Below, one piece after another: positions 50,711 through 62,050 of a stretch of DNA of 64,000 nt. The translations under genes were made by a program, and so were the position numbers. How positions within the stretch are numbered: the stretch's first letter is position 1; each line of letters starts with the position of its first letter. The stretch is from Harriotta raleighana (lineage: Eukaryota), in the NCBI GenBank assembly GCA_050575255.1, contig JBNZDD010013683.1:1897455-1961454 (forward strand). The letters run 5' to 3'. Under the pieces are notes generated by a model. That model ran no database searches. It saw only the letters and a program-made list of their open reading frames with translations, and was not told the DNA's origin.

Positions 50711-51744
50711 TAGGCAGCGCGACTGAGATTAAAGGCCATAGTCCAAAGCATAATACACCGTTAAGTTTAAAACAAAGGCAAAATAAATTATACTGGGCAG
50801 GAAGAGAAATTAAGTTGTGATACAGATACATTGTTAGCATTCTCAGTATGATGCAGAGATGAACAGCCCTGTCCTGTGCATTGCAAGTTTTTAAGCAACT
50901 AGTTTGTCTGCCCTGACCTATTTGTGATTCACTATATGAATTCGCAAGAAACAGAGGTTTACAACAGTAAGTAAGTTTGAAATGTGGTTTGTTTAGACTA
51001 ATGAAACAAGGGAGATACTCTCTCAATAGAGAAGCACAGAATTCCTCGCAGAGCAGGGGGTGCAAATCCTTTTTCCCCCTCTGCTTTCTGTGGAACTGGA
51101 CAAAAGTTTTTATTTTGACAGGTGAAATACTGTGGGAACGTGAACGTGTTCTAAGTTTTTTTTCCCCGTGGTGTTTGTTTGCTGCTCAGTGTGTTTCGCT
51201 CGCACAATGCTCCCCAAGGAAGCAGCTGTCAAGCGAAATACAACAGGGTTTGAGAGTTTGGGGTTTTCTTTCAGTCTGGCCTGGACTCCCTGGCGAGCTA
51301 GAGTAACAACCACACGACCTGAGTTTTTCGCTTGTAAACGCTAAAAGACCGGAGTAATTGTGTCCTTTAAACACATTAACATTAATTTGTCCTCTCTGAG
51401 ATGGACTAAAGAAAACTCTCAAAATGAGTCACTTATGCTTATGCAGGATTGTTTTTGCTTCACCAACACATATACATTGGCATAGTTTCGTTGAGTCGTG
51501 TGCAATGCTTTCCAATTCACATTCCAAAGATTTAACGTCCCCTTTTGTGTCCTTGTCAAACTTAGGTATGACAAAATCTCCCCATGGGGAGAAAGTTTGC
51601 ATTTAAAGTGCGGATTTGTTGGTATTTCCAAACCATTTCATCAATCAATGGCTTTCATAAATGTTGAAATACTGTGTATGAGGCTTTTGATGACAGTCAC
51701 AACTTTTGGGAGTACTCTTGCCAATGGCTGAATTGACAAAGTTA

Positions 51745-52300
51745 TCCAATGGCATGAAACTGAGCCACATGGATCTGGAAAGTACTAGGTTCAATCCATA
51801 ATTTGGGTTGAGTTAGTTGAACGTCCTGTGTACAGTTGACTTCCTGAGGTTGGTGAGGGAAAACTCAGTCATTATCCAGTGGCTTTGCTTGCTGTTTGTG
51901 GATGTCTGTCTAGGTCAGAATTAGCTGCACTTGTGCACACTCGCACACACATTTAATTCACACATCCCATCGATCTAAAGAGAGAAATCTGCAGCTGGGA
52001 ATGAATAATATAAGACTATCGTCAGCGGATGTTGCTTTAAATCATCTCCATATTTCTTGTAAGACAAATACAAAAAACAACAACACAATTATATTTGCAT
52101 TGTGCCATTCACGTTGGGAGGATGTCCCAAGGCCAAGCAAGAAATGTGTCCAGAGAAATCAGGATTGGGCTCAATTCATAGTTTGATAGTCTGCTGGCAC
52201 TCACTGTTGAGGTTTACATGTAAGGAATAGTCGCTTGGAAGAGGTAGTAATGGAATCATACACTGGGATCAATTATTGTCTTCTGAAGAGGGGAGAAAAT
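51745..52300 (+). mobile_element. Ancient SINE family B, split by other sequence including a minus-strand L2 tail (~52076-52135)
   Basis: ACTGAGCCACATGG..GGTTCAATCC..GTTGAGTTAGTTGA, later AGGATTGGGCTC..ATAGTCTGCTGGCACTCACTG..AAGGAATAGTCGCTTGG..GAAGAGGGGAG; L2 tail CATTCACGTTGGGAGGATGTCCCAAGGC. Confidence 0.55.
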
Positions 52301-53179
52301 TGTGAGAGGGAAAAAGTTTATCACTCACTAATTTCTAATTCTGAGCGAAGGATTTAAACTGTGAAAAGCAGGCATCCTGTGCCTTTGGGTAATGGTATCA
52401 TAATGAGGTTTTTCCACGTTTCGAGTGTTTTTCTCCAAGACCTTTTATAGTTTTTTAATGAAATCCATAACGATCTCAAAGTAAATCATGCTGTGTTTTT
52501 AAGTTTCTGTAATGGCTGTGCATCCTACTCCACAGTTGCACCCCTTGTTTATACGAGGTGGAAACCTGTTGATTCAATTTGTATGGATAGATACGTTATT
52601 ACCACACAGCAATACAACATAAATGGCTGTGCTAGTAATTACTATTGGTAACAAATTATACTTTCAAAATTGCTCACCCAGGGCTGGCCAGCTAATGGAT
52701 GTAGGTGCTTAAAGGGAATACTTGCTCAGACAGTCATTCATTCTGCAATCGTTGTTTAACATGAGCATAACTTTTCCTTAGCACATTTTTCCTCAGGTGT
52801 TTGTTTAATTGGTAGAGGACAATTTAAACCTTGAATAGCACAAACACCATGGCATTCTAGCACAGTATTTACAATTGGTATTAAAAGTAAATTAAAACAT
52901 TTTATTGATAAAATTGTTGATGTGGGCAGACCCTGTAGAGAGCGTTTTACCTTCTTCTATGCCATAAATGCACAAACTTTGCTTTCAAACTTCCAGCTGA
53001 ATATTTCAGCTTTCTGCACACCTGAAGCAGTGTCAAGTAAGTAAATTGAATGTAAGTAAATTTTACGTTTTAATGTAGTGTGACATTAAAGCAAATATGT
53101 AAAACTATCTTCAGTAAAGCTATCCTATTGTTTCAATTGATTGAAAAATCACTGTTTTGTGTATAATTAAGTTGTATGT

Positions 53180-53815
53180 AAGGGCTTGGGCGCAATTCGC
53201 TTGCTGTAATCAACCAGCACATGTCAACAGGGCAGAATTAGACTATTACAAGTGGCAACCATGTCCCTGGGCTAGGGAGGAAAGGAAGTTTCACACTGTT
53301 AAATTCTTATCAATATTCTGGATACTGCAAAAGTATGAACGTTGGACGAGGAAAGAATTAAGCTTGGCTATAGTGCACCTCATTGTCTGATACCCTTCTG
53401 ACCTTCATATGAAGATTGATGAGCAAGTTACTGGAACAACCCATGACAAATGTGTAGTGGGGAAGTGGGGCGGGAAACTGCAGCATGAATCTTTAGAAAT
53501 TCTGTGACATTGAAGAAACTATACCTTCACACTTGCATCTGTGAATCTTCAGAGGTTTAAGATACATAATAGTGCTGTCAAACCACACCTCGGCATTTGG
53601 AATCAGTCATGAGACCACCTCAGCATGTAATATTTCACAGCATTGCAGTATAAAAGGAGCCAGTTCGGATGAGGGTTGAACGATTTTGCCCATTGCATTG
53701 GAATAGACTGCTAACGCTCATTGCCTAGGATTGCACAAGATGACTGATCATTTGGGTGTAGCAGACTGTGCACATTAATCCCACCCAGATCTGTGCCTTC
53801 AGGAGAGGGAAGAAA
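53180..53815 (+). mobile_element. Two fragments of ancient SINE family B
   Basis: GTCCCTGGGCTAGGGAGG (53263) and GAATAGACTGCTAACGCTCATTG..GCCTTCAGGAGAGGGAAG (53700-53812). Confidence 0.5.
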
Positions 53816-54493
53816 ATGAGTGGTAGTGGAAATAAGTATGTACAGTACAACCATTGTAAAGTCATCTATTTTCATTTCAAAGTTTTTTCAGAACCACCCA
53901 AGCTCTGCATCAGATTAAAGTGAACAGTTGTCAGAAGACCATTGGTTCTTTGCTAACATTAGAAATCTCCCCAAATTTAGATGCTATCAAGCTGAGCTCT
54001 TAACATATGTGAGGGATGTATGAATGCAATGTCATTAGCTTGCACTACCCCAACAATTGTACTATTGTAAATGATTAATGCACGTATGCGTTTTACTGGC
54101 CTGTCCTGAAGTAACTGCAGGTCTCAGAAAACCACATCGCATGGTGCATGGTTTCAATGACTCGGCTAACGTAGCAGAAAATAAATTCTGAGGCTTCAAT
54201 GGCGGTAATAGCGTTTCGTTTCAGTTATCATTTCTCTCAGTTAAATCCAATTGCATTATGAGCATCTACTGACAGCTGTGGTTTGTAATGAGTCAGGGAT
54301 CACTGGTTGATTGATTTTTGAATGTATGATATTGACCTGTACCATCTTGCTGTAAAAGAAATATTGCAGCATCTTGAATGGTATTCTCATTGGCCTCTCA
54401 ACATCTTAAACCAACAAACCATTAATTGTTCCAGGGCGCCAGAATCAAGCTTGGGTTTACAACATTACCGGAATTTCAATTTAGGGATTAATT

Positions 54494-54860
54494 ATAATAA
54501 TATTAACCTTGCATTTGATATAGCGCTTTGTCACACCTCAAAGCGCTTCACAGAATATACCATAAAGTAATTGACGGTATATTTTTAGGGTGAAATATAG
54601 CAGCCAATTGCAGTGTTCCACAGGCAATGATGGATTGAGTGATCAAGTTATTGTCAGTTAGCAAAAAAATTGTGGGGATTATTATTGCCAGAAAAGTCAT
54701 TGATCCTTCAAACGACTAACAACCAAATTCCTACTTACTGATAGGTAAATAGAGGTGTGTGGAGTAAAAAAAAACTTGCCTAATGTTCCACTCTCCTGGC
54801 AGTCGAACCCAGGTCCTCTTGAAAAGCGAGTGCTCTAATCACAACGCTACAAGACTCCAC
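54494..54860 (-). mobile_element. SINE, long subfamily with extra internal segment
   Basis: Carries CCTCTATTTACCTATCAGTAAGTAGGAATTTGGTTGTTAGTCG (minus strand), absent from the short copies. Confidence 0.88.
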
Positions 54861-54924
54861 AATGATCGATAATTCAATGATAATTCCAAAACCTACCAAA
54901 TAAATAGTGAATACTGAATAAATA

Positions 54925-55022
54925 GGGAAGCGAGAGGGGCTGAGGAGAGGTTGAGAGGCTGGTTTAGATTATAAACAACCAGCACACACTAGTTGGGCCG
55001 AATGGCCTGTTTGTGCTGTAGA
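54925..55022 (+). mobile_element. CR1-type 3' tail
   Basis: TAAACAACCAGCACACACTAGTTGGGCCGAATGGCCTGTTTGTGCTGTA. Confidence 0.65.
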
Positions 55023-56670
55023 GTTAAAATGAACACTAAAATAAACAAAATAAAACCTGGAGCCCAGATAGGCTTTAAATAGAAAGTGATCCGATTCATA
55101 AATTTTCTGGAAAAAGGGTTGTTGCTTTACAATATGATGAACCAATAATACATTGAGTGTTCAGTGACAACGACAAAGCAACGACGTGAGCACTTAACGA
55201 TTTGCGTAAATTTCTTTTGTTTAACGTAGAAATTGAATGCTTTTACATTAAAGCGAGAGATTTGCGCTGAACTGCCCTGAGAGCAGAAAAGGGGAATGTT
55301 CAGTATCTCTCTCCAAATATTTGTGGCGAATTTTGCTTTTGCTTTATTGCGCTGCAGTCAGCGTAGATAGAAATAAGCCGTAGAAACGAACGCATTGTGC
55401 GTGGCACTGAGTTGGCAGGGACCATTGTTCATCTTTTGCACTGCGACTGAGAAGGAGAAAATGTTCACACGCCATTTTCAGGCATCCTGCTGGGCAGGTG
55501 AGGAAGGGAGTCTTCCAGCTGGCCACAAAGCCTTGGCCATACTGATAAGTCCTCTTGAATACATAGCAGTGTCCAACTAAGCCATCAATGTATTACAGTC
55601 TCCCAAACTGCTCCACTTGTAATACTGCTCTGCACTGTTTGCTGCAATCAAGAGCGCTGAGCACAAAGCAGACTTTTCAGTGGGCTGGAACCTATCAATG
55701 TTGCAACCAGTTGATCTCCTTGTGCATGCATTCAGTTGGAAATGTTACTTCACCAGAATGAATGGACGAGGAGACAAGTTCAAAGATAACAAATGATTCT
55801 TTGTCAGATCGGGACAGACGGGGAAGATTGACCCAAGCTTTTAGGGGAGGGGGAAGGGTATTGTTAGTTCTGCAGCAAGTGCATGTGGCCAGAATGAAGT
55901 CAGTCTCGAGAGGTGAAAGCCCCGTTTTAGCTTGTCAGTCTCTGGCCTTTTGAGCAGCAGACATGTTGTCAGAAGTAAAGCTGGAAACATGGCAGCAGAA
56001 AGGACAAAATAATTAGACGTAAAGAGGGTGAACTGGGTTCAGATTTAGATGAGACAGTGGTATCACTTGTTAACTTTTGTAAAGCTGTTTATGACGGTAT
56101 TAATCCTTTCATTGTCCTTTTACACATCGCAGACGTCTCACAAAATTTCACTCATTTATTCTTTATTAGTTTTCAAAATAAGTACTTTAGCAATACAGAC
56201 ATCACAATCAGCCAAAGAACAATAATCAAGTATCTAAAAGTGCCAGTTAAAATTGAAAACAAATGGGAGGAAAAGGGCCAAATGTAGAGGTTTAGAATAG
56301 GGAGACAAATGAGTGTATACATTTGCAATGGATGGAAGGTGGGGAGGGGGAGCTGTGCAGCAGAGGATAGACACCACCCAGCCAGGAAATAATACAATTC
56401 AAAGATCCTTATGTTTCACATCCTTGTGTTTGGGATGCTGGAAGACAGTCTCGTCAGTCCTGAGACCATCAGTCGCATGTGAACTGCCTGATCTTGTGGA
56501 AGTCAGTTTTGTTTTTTGAGATTACAGTGTCACAATTGTGCGGATACCCCATGCAAGCTATTTGAAGAAACTATCGCAAATAATTTTCCAACTGTTCATG
56601 TACAATAATTAGACTTTCATATGTACTGTAGTTTGTCAGTCATGCAGTGAAGTTGTACTATTTGAACAAT

Positions 56671-57011
56671 GAGTCCTGTAGCTCAGTGGTTAGATGCTTC
56701 GCTTCGTGAGAGACCTGGCTTTGATTCCCGGCAGGGCGAACTGTTGGGCAAGTTCCCTTACTCCATACACCTCTGTCTACCTAGCATTAAGTAGGAACCC
56801 AGTTGTTAGTCGATTGGCGAATTGCTTTTCTGGTGGGTAATATTTCCTTCAAAAAAAATTGGTCATTTCAATCCACGACCTTATGTGGAATGCTGTTGTT
56901 CGCAATTGGCTGCCGCGTTTCGCCCTCAAAATATACAGTCAATTCACAGTATATTCCGTGAAGCACTTTGAGACATCTCGAAGACCTGATCAGGCAAGAA
57001 TTATTATTATT
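56671..57011 (+). mobile_element. SINE, long subfamily with extra internal segment
   Basis: GAGTCCTGTAGCTCAGTGG head; extra CTCTGTCTACCTAGCATTAAGTAGGAACCCAGTTGTTAGTCGATTGGCG..TTCTGG (56771-56836). Confidence 0.9.
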
Positions 57012-57616
57012 AAGGAGAGGATGGTGGACACATTTGCTGTTGAATATGTCCCCAGGTGTGTCTTCTGCCATCTGAAAGGCTCTGGAAAGTTTTGCATCAT
57101 TTAACTTGTAATGCCTCCTCTAATAGTTCTGCAATAATAACGACTTCTTGGAGCACTTGAAGGTAAAGGTAGGAATATGAGGTTATATTATGGACTGAAT
57201 TAAGTTCCGATTCCGAAGGGCAAAGTTTTGAATTCCAATTTAAAGCTGTATATTTGCAATAATAACAAACATTGCTCGGCTATATGTGAGCTGGAATCTG
57301 GACAGAAAATAATGTAATGAGTTTACACAGATTGGAACAGATGTGCATTGCCTTGTAGGAATGAGCTGACTGTTTTTCTAATTAATTCTTTTGATGAGCA
57401 ATCCAACATCCGAGGAACAATAATCACCAAAGCAAATACTTTTCCAATTTGGTTAGCTTCTTAAGGGACAGTGCCAAAGTGGCCTAAATCCAACGCCTAA
57501 CCTGGAGATGTCATAGAATTTGATGATCTGAGCAGTAATCAGCTGTAGCTGTGTCACATGTATGTAAAGGGTGCAGATCTTGATATTTCTTCACTGACCA
57601 TCTAGAAAATGTTCAA

Positions 57617-57912
57617 AATAATAATCCTTGCATTTAATATTATGCCTTTCACATCTTCTAGACGTCTCAAAGCATCTCATTCACAGAATATACTAACAAG
57701 TGAATTCACTGCATGTTTGTGGGTGAAATGTGGCAGCAAATTGGGCAAAGCAGTGTTCCACAAACAGTCATGGATTGAAATGGCTAATTTTTAAACATGT
57801 TTTTTGAAGGACTATTATCAAGCTTGTGGAGTAAGCAAACTTGCCTAGGGAATCGAACCCAGGTCTCTCACTTGCAAGGCGAGTGCTCTAACCACTGAGC
57901 TACAGGACTCCA
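57617..57912 (-). mobile_element. Young SINE
   Basis: Intact head TGGAGTCCTGTAGCTCAGTGGTTAGAGCACTCGCCTTGCAAGTGAGAGACCTGGGTTCGATTCCC. Confidence 0.92.
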
Positions 57913-59009
57913 TAGGTAGAACAGCAGATAATACTGTTCTGTGACATGCCCTCCTTTTCCTATTTCCACCTCTAATTGGAAAGCCTGCAATTGCACAGCC
58001 TCTTGAGCGAGGAATGTGGGCAGTCACTGATTGTGGAGCTAAACTCCAGCTCTCGGAGACAAGTGAAGGAAATCTTGGAGGGGGGTGATGTTGATTGCAC
58101 AGAGCATTTAAAGCTGAAGGAAGAACTTGGGGAACTAAAACATATGGCTGTCCTGATGGGACACACATCTTCCTTTTAGGTGTTTGATGACAATTTATCT
58201 TCTCATTCATGGAAAAACGAGAGAAGGTACATTCATCTCACTGCAAACTCAGTTATTTTCAGGAAATTAAACCCAAGCACGTGTACAGTGCTGGCTTTAT
58301 GCATCATTGTGAAGTACTGCTGCGTTCTTGCTGCACAATGATTACAAATCTCCCAGCTACATCCCAAACTCTAGTGTTGGCTTGTCTCTAACCTGTCAAA
58401 GGTCTAATGAGCTTCAAGGCTTTTTACTGCAGACTGCAAGGTCATCTGTTCCTTTGTGTCAGGCAGAAGAGGGAGAAGATTGGTTCCCAGAGCAAGGCAG
58501 AAAGACAAATGAAAATTAACAGATGACAATCAGGGAGGAAGGCAAGCTGAAACTTATATATAAAAAAACTCGTACTCTTGATAGTTTCCATTCTCTTTGG
58601 TCTTGCAAAGTAAGTTGGCGACAGGGAAATGTGCACTTTCCAGGTTTCAGGCAAGTTCCAGTTCACAGCAATTGGGGTGTGGGCTGGGTGACATGCTCAC
58701 ATAACACCTAGACACCATATGACTCCTATTCAATGCCAAATGGTACCATTCACTCATTGTGCAAGGATAGGGTGGGAGGATTTTATTAATGCCTTCTGAC
58801 TTCTACAGCTGTGTCTCAGCAGTCAACAATTATATACCCACCACAAAATTTGGATGGCAATCGAAACTTGCTCTGGGATCTACCATTCGGCGATTGCTAA
58901 AAATAGCACCTATTCATTACAGTTTTATGATTGGAAATCTCATAAATCTTTAGCGAAAAGGCTACTATTTTTAGCAATTACACTAAAACTTTCGTTCAAA
59001 AAGTTTTTT

Positions 59010-59046
59010 TTATACATATACATATATATATATACACATATATATA
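59010..59046. repeat. (TA)n/(CA) microsatellite
   Basis: Seen directly. Confidence 0.85.
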
Positions 59047-59660
59047 GCTATAGCATCTAATTTTAACTGTTATTCAGGAAATGCTCTCACATTATTTCCT
59101 GTGCATTTCCCATGACCACACAGTGAGCCCATCATTTGCTCAGTATACTCCAGCTGTGGCTTCACTGGAAACTTTTTATTGGTTGGACCTCATGTAATCA
59201 AGAATTGAGTGCTCTTTCATCAAACAAATGAATGTCAGCAATAGGATTAAAGGTATTGATGTGTGTAGGAGGATTCCCTACACTTTGAAGGATAGCTGGC
59301 AAATTCATTGAAATCCACAGTAACCGCGTAACTCAAACACTGTGTGAAGTTGTGCCACAGCGAGGGAGTCACTCAAAGCCACTGAGTTTTAAAGATCACT
59401 CGGTTTTGGGGGGAAAGAAAAGATTGTTCAGTAATGTCTGATGACTGTTATTTATAATCAGATTAAATGTATTTTTAAAGGGGAGTTTTTGGCAGTCATC
59501 CTGTTATGTATCAAGAGGCCAAATGTTGTTTTTTGCCAAATACTGTATGTGCTAATTGTAATCTACCAGGAGCCAAATTAGAAGCTTTACAATACTACAA
59601 TGGTTTTGTTAGCATTTAATAAAGGGTGGGATAAATACTGCAAAAGCCTCATGATTCATC

Positions 59661-59953
59661 AGTGGCCGGGCTTTCAGCCTCTCTGCCCCCATACTTTGGA
59701 ACTCCATCCCGCAGTCCCTCCGCTTTACTTCCTCCCTTTCCTCCTTCAAGGCAGGTCTCAAGATCTTCCTCTTCGACTGCGCCTTCGGCTCCCCGACTAA
59801 CTCTTCCCCCTCTCCCACTCTTCTTCCCCTTCCCCCTACCACCGACCACCCTCCTCCCCCCCCACCCTGCTCGGGTTCCGACCTGACTGTTCAGCGCTTT
59901 GGGGCGTCCTCCCAACATGAAAGGTGCTATACAAGTGTAATTTTGTTGTTGTT
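59661..59953 (+). mobile_element. L2 LINE 3' end (young)
   Basis: SGRAFSLSAPILWNSIPQSLRFTSSLSSFKAGLKIFLFDCAFG, C-rich UTR, hairpin AGCGCTTT..AAAGGTGCT and (TTG)n tail. Confidence 0.92.
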
Positions 59954-60019
59954 TATTTCCACCGCACATTATATGCGCATAAAGAATTTGGTACACATTT
60001 GTGTTTCGTTCTGATTGTT

Positions 60020-60225
60020 TATAATAATCCCCCGAAAACAATAATACTGTACATTGATTATTTCAATCCATGACTGTTTGTGGAACACTACTGTTTGCAA
60101 TTAGCTGCTGCGTTTCGCCCACAAGTATACAGTCAATTCACTTTACAGTATATTCTGTGAAGAGCTTTGAGTCATCTGGAAGATGTGAAAAGAGGAATAT
60201 CAAATGCAAGCATTATTTATTTATA
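60020..60225 (+). mobile_element. Young SINE 3' two-thirds
   Basis: ATAATAATCCC..TTTCAATCCATGACTGTTTGTGG..tail. Confidence 0.9.
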
Positions 60226-60467
60226 ATTGCAGGATGGTCGATGCATTTCTTTTCCTCTCCAGTTGTCAAGTTTTAACACAAGTGGCCACTGTCTCCCCAT
60301 TGTCTGAGCTTATCTCGCATTAGCAGCCATTTGATGGACTCCTTATCTCACCCATGCTGCAAAGGAGGCATTGAGTCACTGAATTTGAGGCTTTGCAGCG
60401 AGAGAATAATCAGTCATAGTGAGAGGCTGAATCGTGACATTTCGAAATGCCTTGGAAGACACCACCT

Positions 60468-60828
60468 CCAAAATACACAGTCAGTTCACTTTATGATACG
60501 TGAGAGCTGTGAAGCCCTTTGAGGTATCTCATTGATGTGATAAGGCACCATTGGAAGGTGGGCCTTCAGCCCTGTAGCAACTCCTTCCCACAGTCCCTCC
60601 GCCTCACTCCATTCCTTATCTCCTTCAAGACCCACCTCAAGGCCCTCCTCTTTGACAGTCCTTTCGATCAACCTCCTTCCCCCTCCACCCTCCCAAATCC
60701 CTCCCCAGTTAAGGTCCGGCATACTGTCTCTTCAGTACCTTGGGATGACCTGAAAAGCACTATACAAATATAATTTTGTTGTTGTATATCAAACACTAGA
60801 ATTATTAAATGCAAGGATTACTATTAAT
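60468..60828 (+). mobile_element. SINE tail interrupted by an L2 3' end (60549-60784)
   Basis: SINE ...GTGATAAGGCAC, then L2 (WAFS..SFPQSLRLT..ISFKTHLKALLFD..(TTG)n), then TATATCAAA..TGCAAGGATTA resumes the SINE. Confidence 0.8.
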
Positions 60829-61639
60829 AACCAATCTTTGGCAAAAAATTGTATATTGCTCTGTGGAGCGATTAAGAATAGCTGAAGAAAATACATCTGC
60901 AGGTGGGGAGACGAGACAAACGTAGATAAGAATGTATCTGAAGGAGGAATGAGCCCCATTTATCAGGTCTTTTCAATTCAACGTACCCCCAGTTTATTGG
61001 CCTAAAATTGAGTTTTCAGTGGCTAATTTTAAAGTTAGTTAATCAACCATGTCCTTTACAAAATCACAAATTGTTCAATTTCATGAGAAATTAAATGGAC
61101 CTAATCGTATCCAAGTTTGTAGCTTTGAATTTCAGCCTTGGTTCTGTGAATCATCTCAATGCAATTTGGGGAGTTTTAAGTGCATTAGCAGGAGCTCATT
61201 TTGTTAGTTTTGAACTCTCTCTCCCTTGAAGCATAATTCAGCACTGAAATTCTTACACCTTCATCTTTAGTAAAGGATTCAAATTTCCTTTTATGAATTG
61301 AAAATAGGATAGAGCTTGATTTTTAGAAAAAAAAACCTCAGGGCAGAAGACCAGCGAGCTGAACGCCCAAACCAATTTGCATGTTATAACATGCAATGAC
61401 TTGGTAACAAACCAAGTAAGACCTGAGATGGTATTAACAGAAATTCTGTGGCAACTTTCTTGAGTGAACAAGTACTTACGCTTTAAGCTTTAATCCTCGG
61501 TTCCTTCCACAGTGGCAAGTGTGGATTTACAATCGTTTTCATGATACGTGATTTGGAATGCATTGCTACAAACCTATAACCTACAAAGTAGGTTGATTTG
61601 CTTCCTTTCAATACTGTACTCTGCTTCTAATACTGTACT

Positions 61640-61680
61640 GTGAAAGGCGCTATACAAGCGTAAGTTTGTTGTTTTGTTGT
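61640..61680 (+). mobile_element. Very short L2 3' tip
   Basis: GTGAAAGGCGCTATACAAGCGTAAGTTTGTTGTTTTGTTG. Confidence 0.75.
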
Positions 61681-61734
61681 ACTGAGATGGAATTTGTGGT
61701 GTTTTTCTGCCACATATGTGCTTGGCATTATCTG

Positions 61735-62050
61735 ACGAATGCGGTCGAATTGCTCGCTGAATGTTTTTTGTTCAGCTGGGTGTCATGACACGTGCAGAGA
61801 CCCATCACCTTGTTGATTAGGTTCCCACGTGAAGAAAACGTTGCTCAAGACGTTGACGCTGACTTCAGCAGAACAGGTAGCGGCTGTCCACTGACAGCGA
61901 CAGAATAACAAGTTGTAGGCCCACGTAATGCAACGCACTCGCTTGGTCGCAGGGAAGAACAACTGACTCAATCTACCCACTGTAGAGTTTTTGAGTAAAG
62001 AAGCATTTCTCGTCTACCTCTCTTGTGTGCCTGGTCTCGGCTGCGTGTCA
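61735..62050. promoter_or_regulatory. CpG-retaining block with E-box/HRE and AP-1 motifs
   Basis: CACGTG at 61789 and 61826, CACGTA at 61922, TGACTCA at 61964; many CpGs compared with the flanks. Confidence 0.4.

Noticed and set aside
55482-55497. 16-nt micro-exon-like TTTTCAG|GCATCCTGCTGGGCAG|GTGAGG
   Set aside because: Short pyrimidine tract and frame-shifting length; needs RNA-seq.
57976-58179. 67-aa ORF with helical-looking composition
   Set aside because: No ATG start, weak splice signals and no recognisable family.
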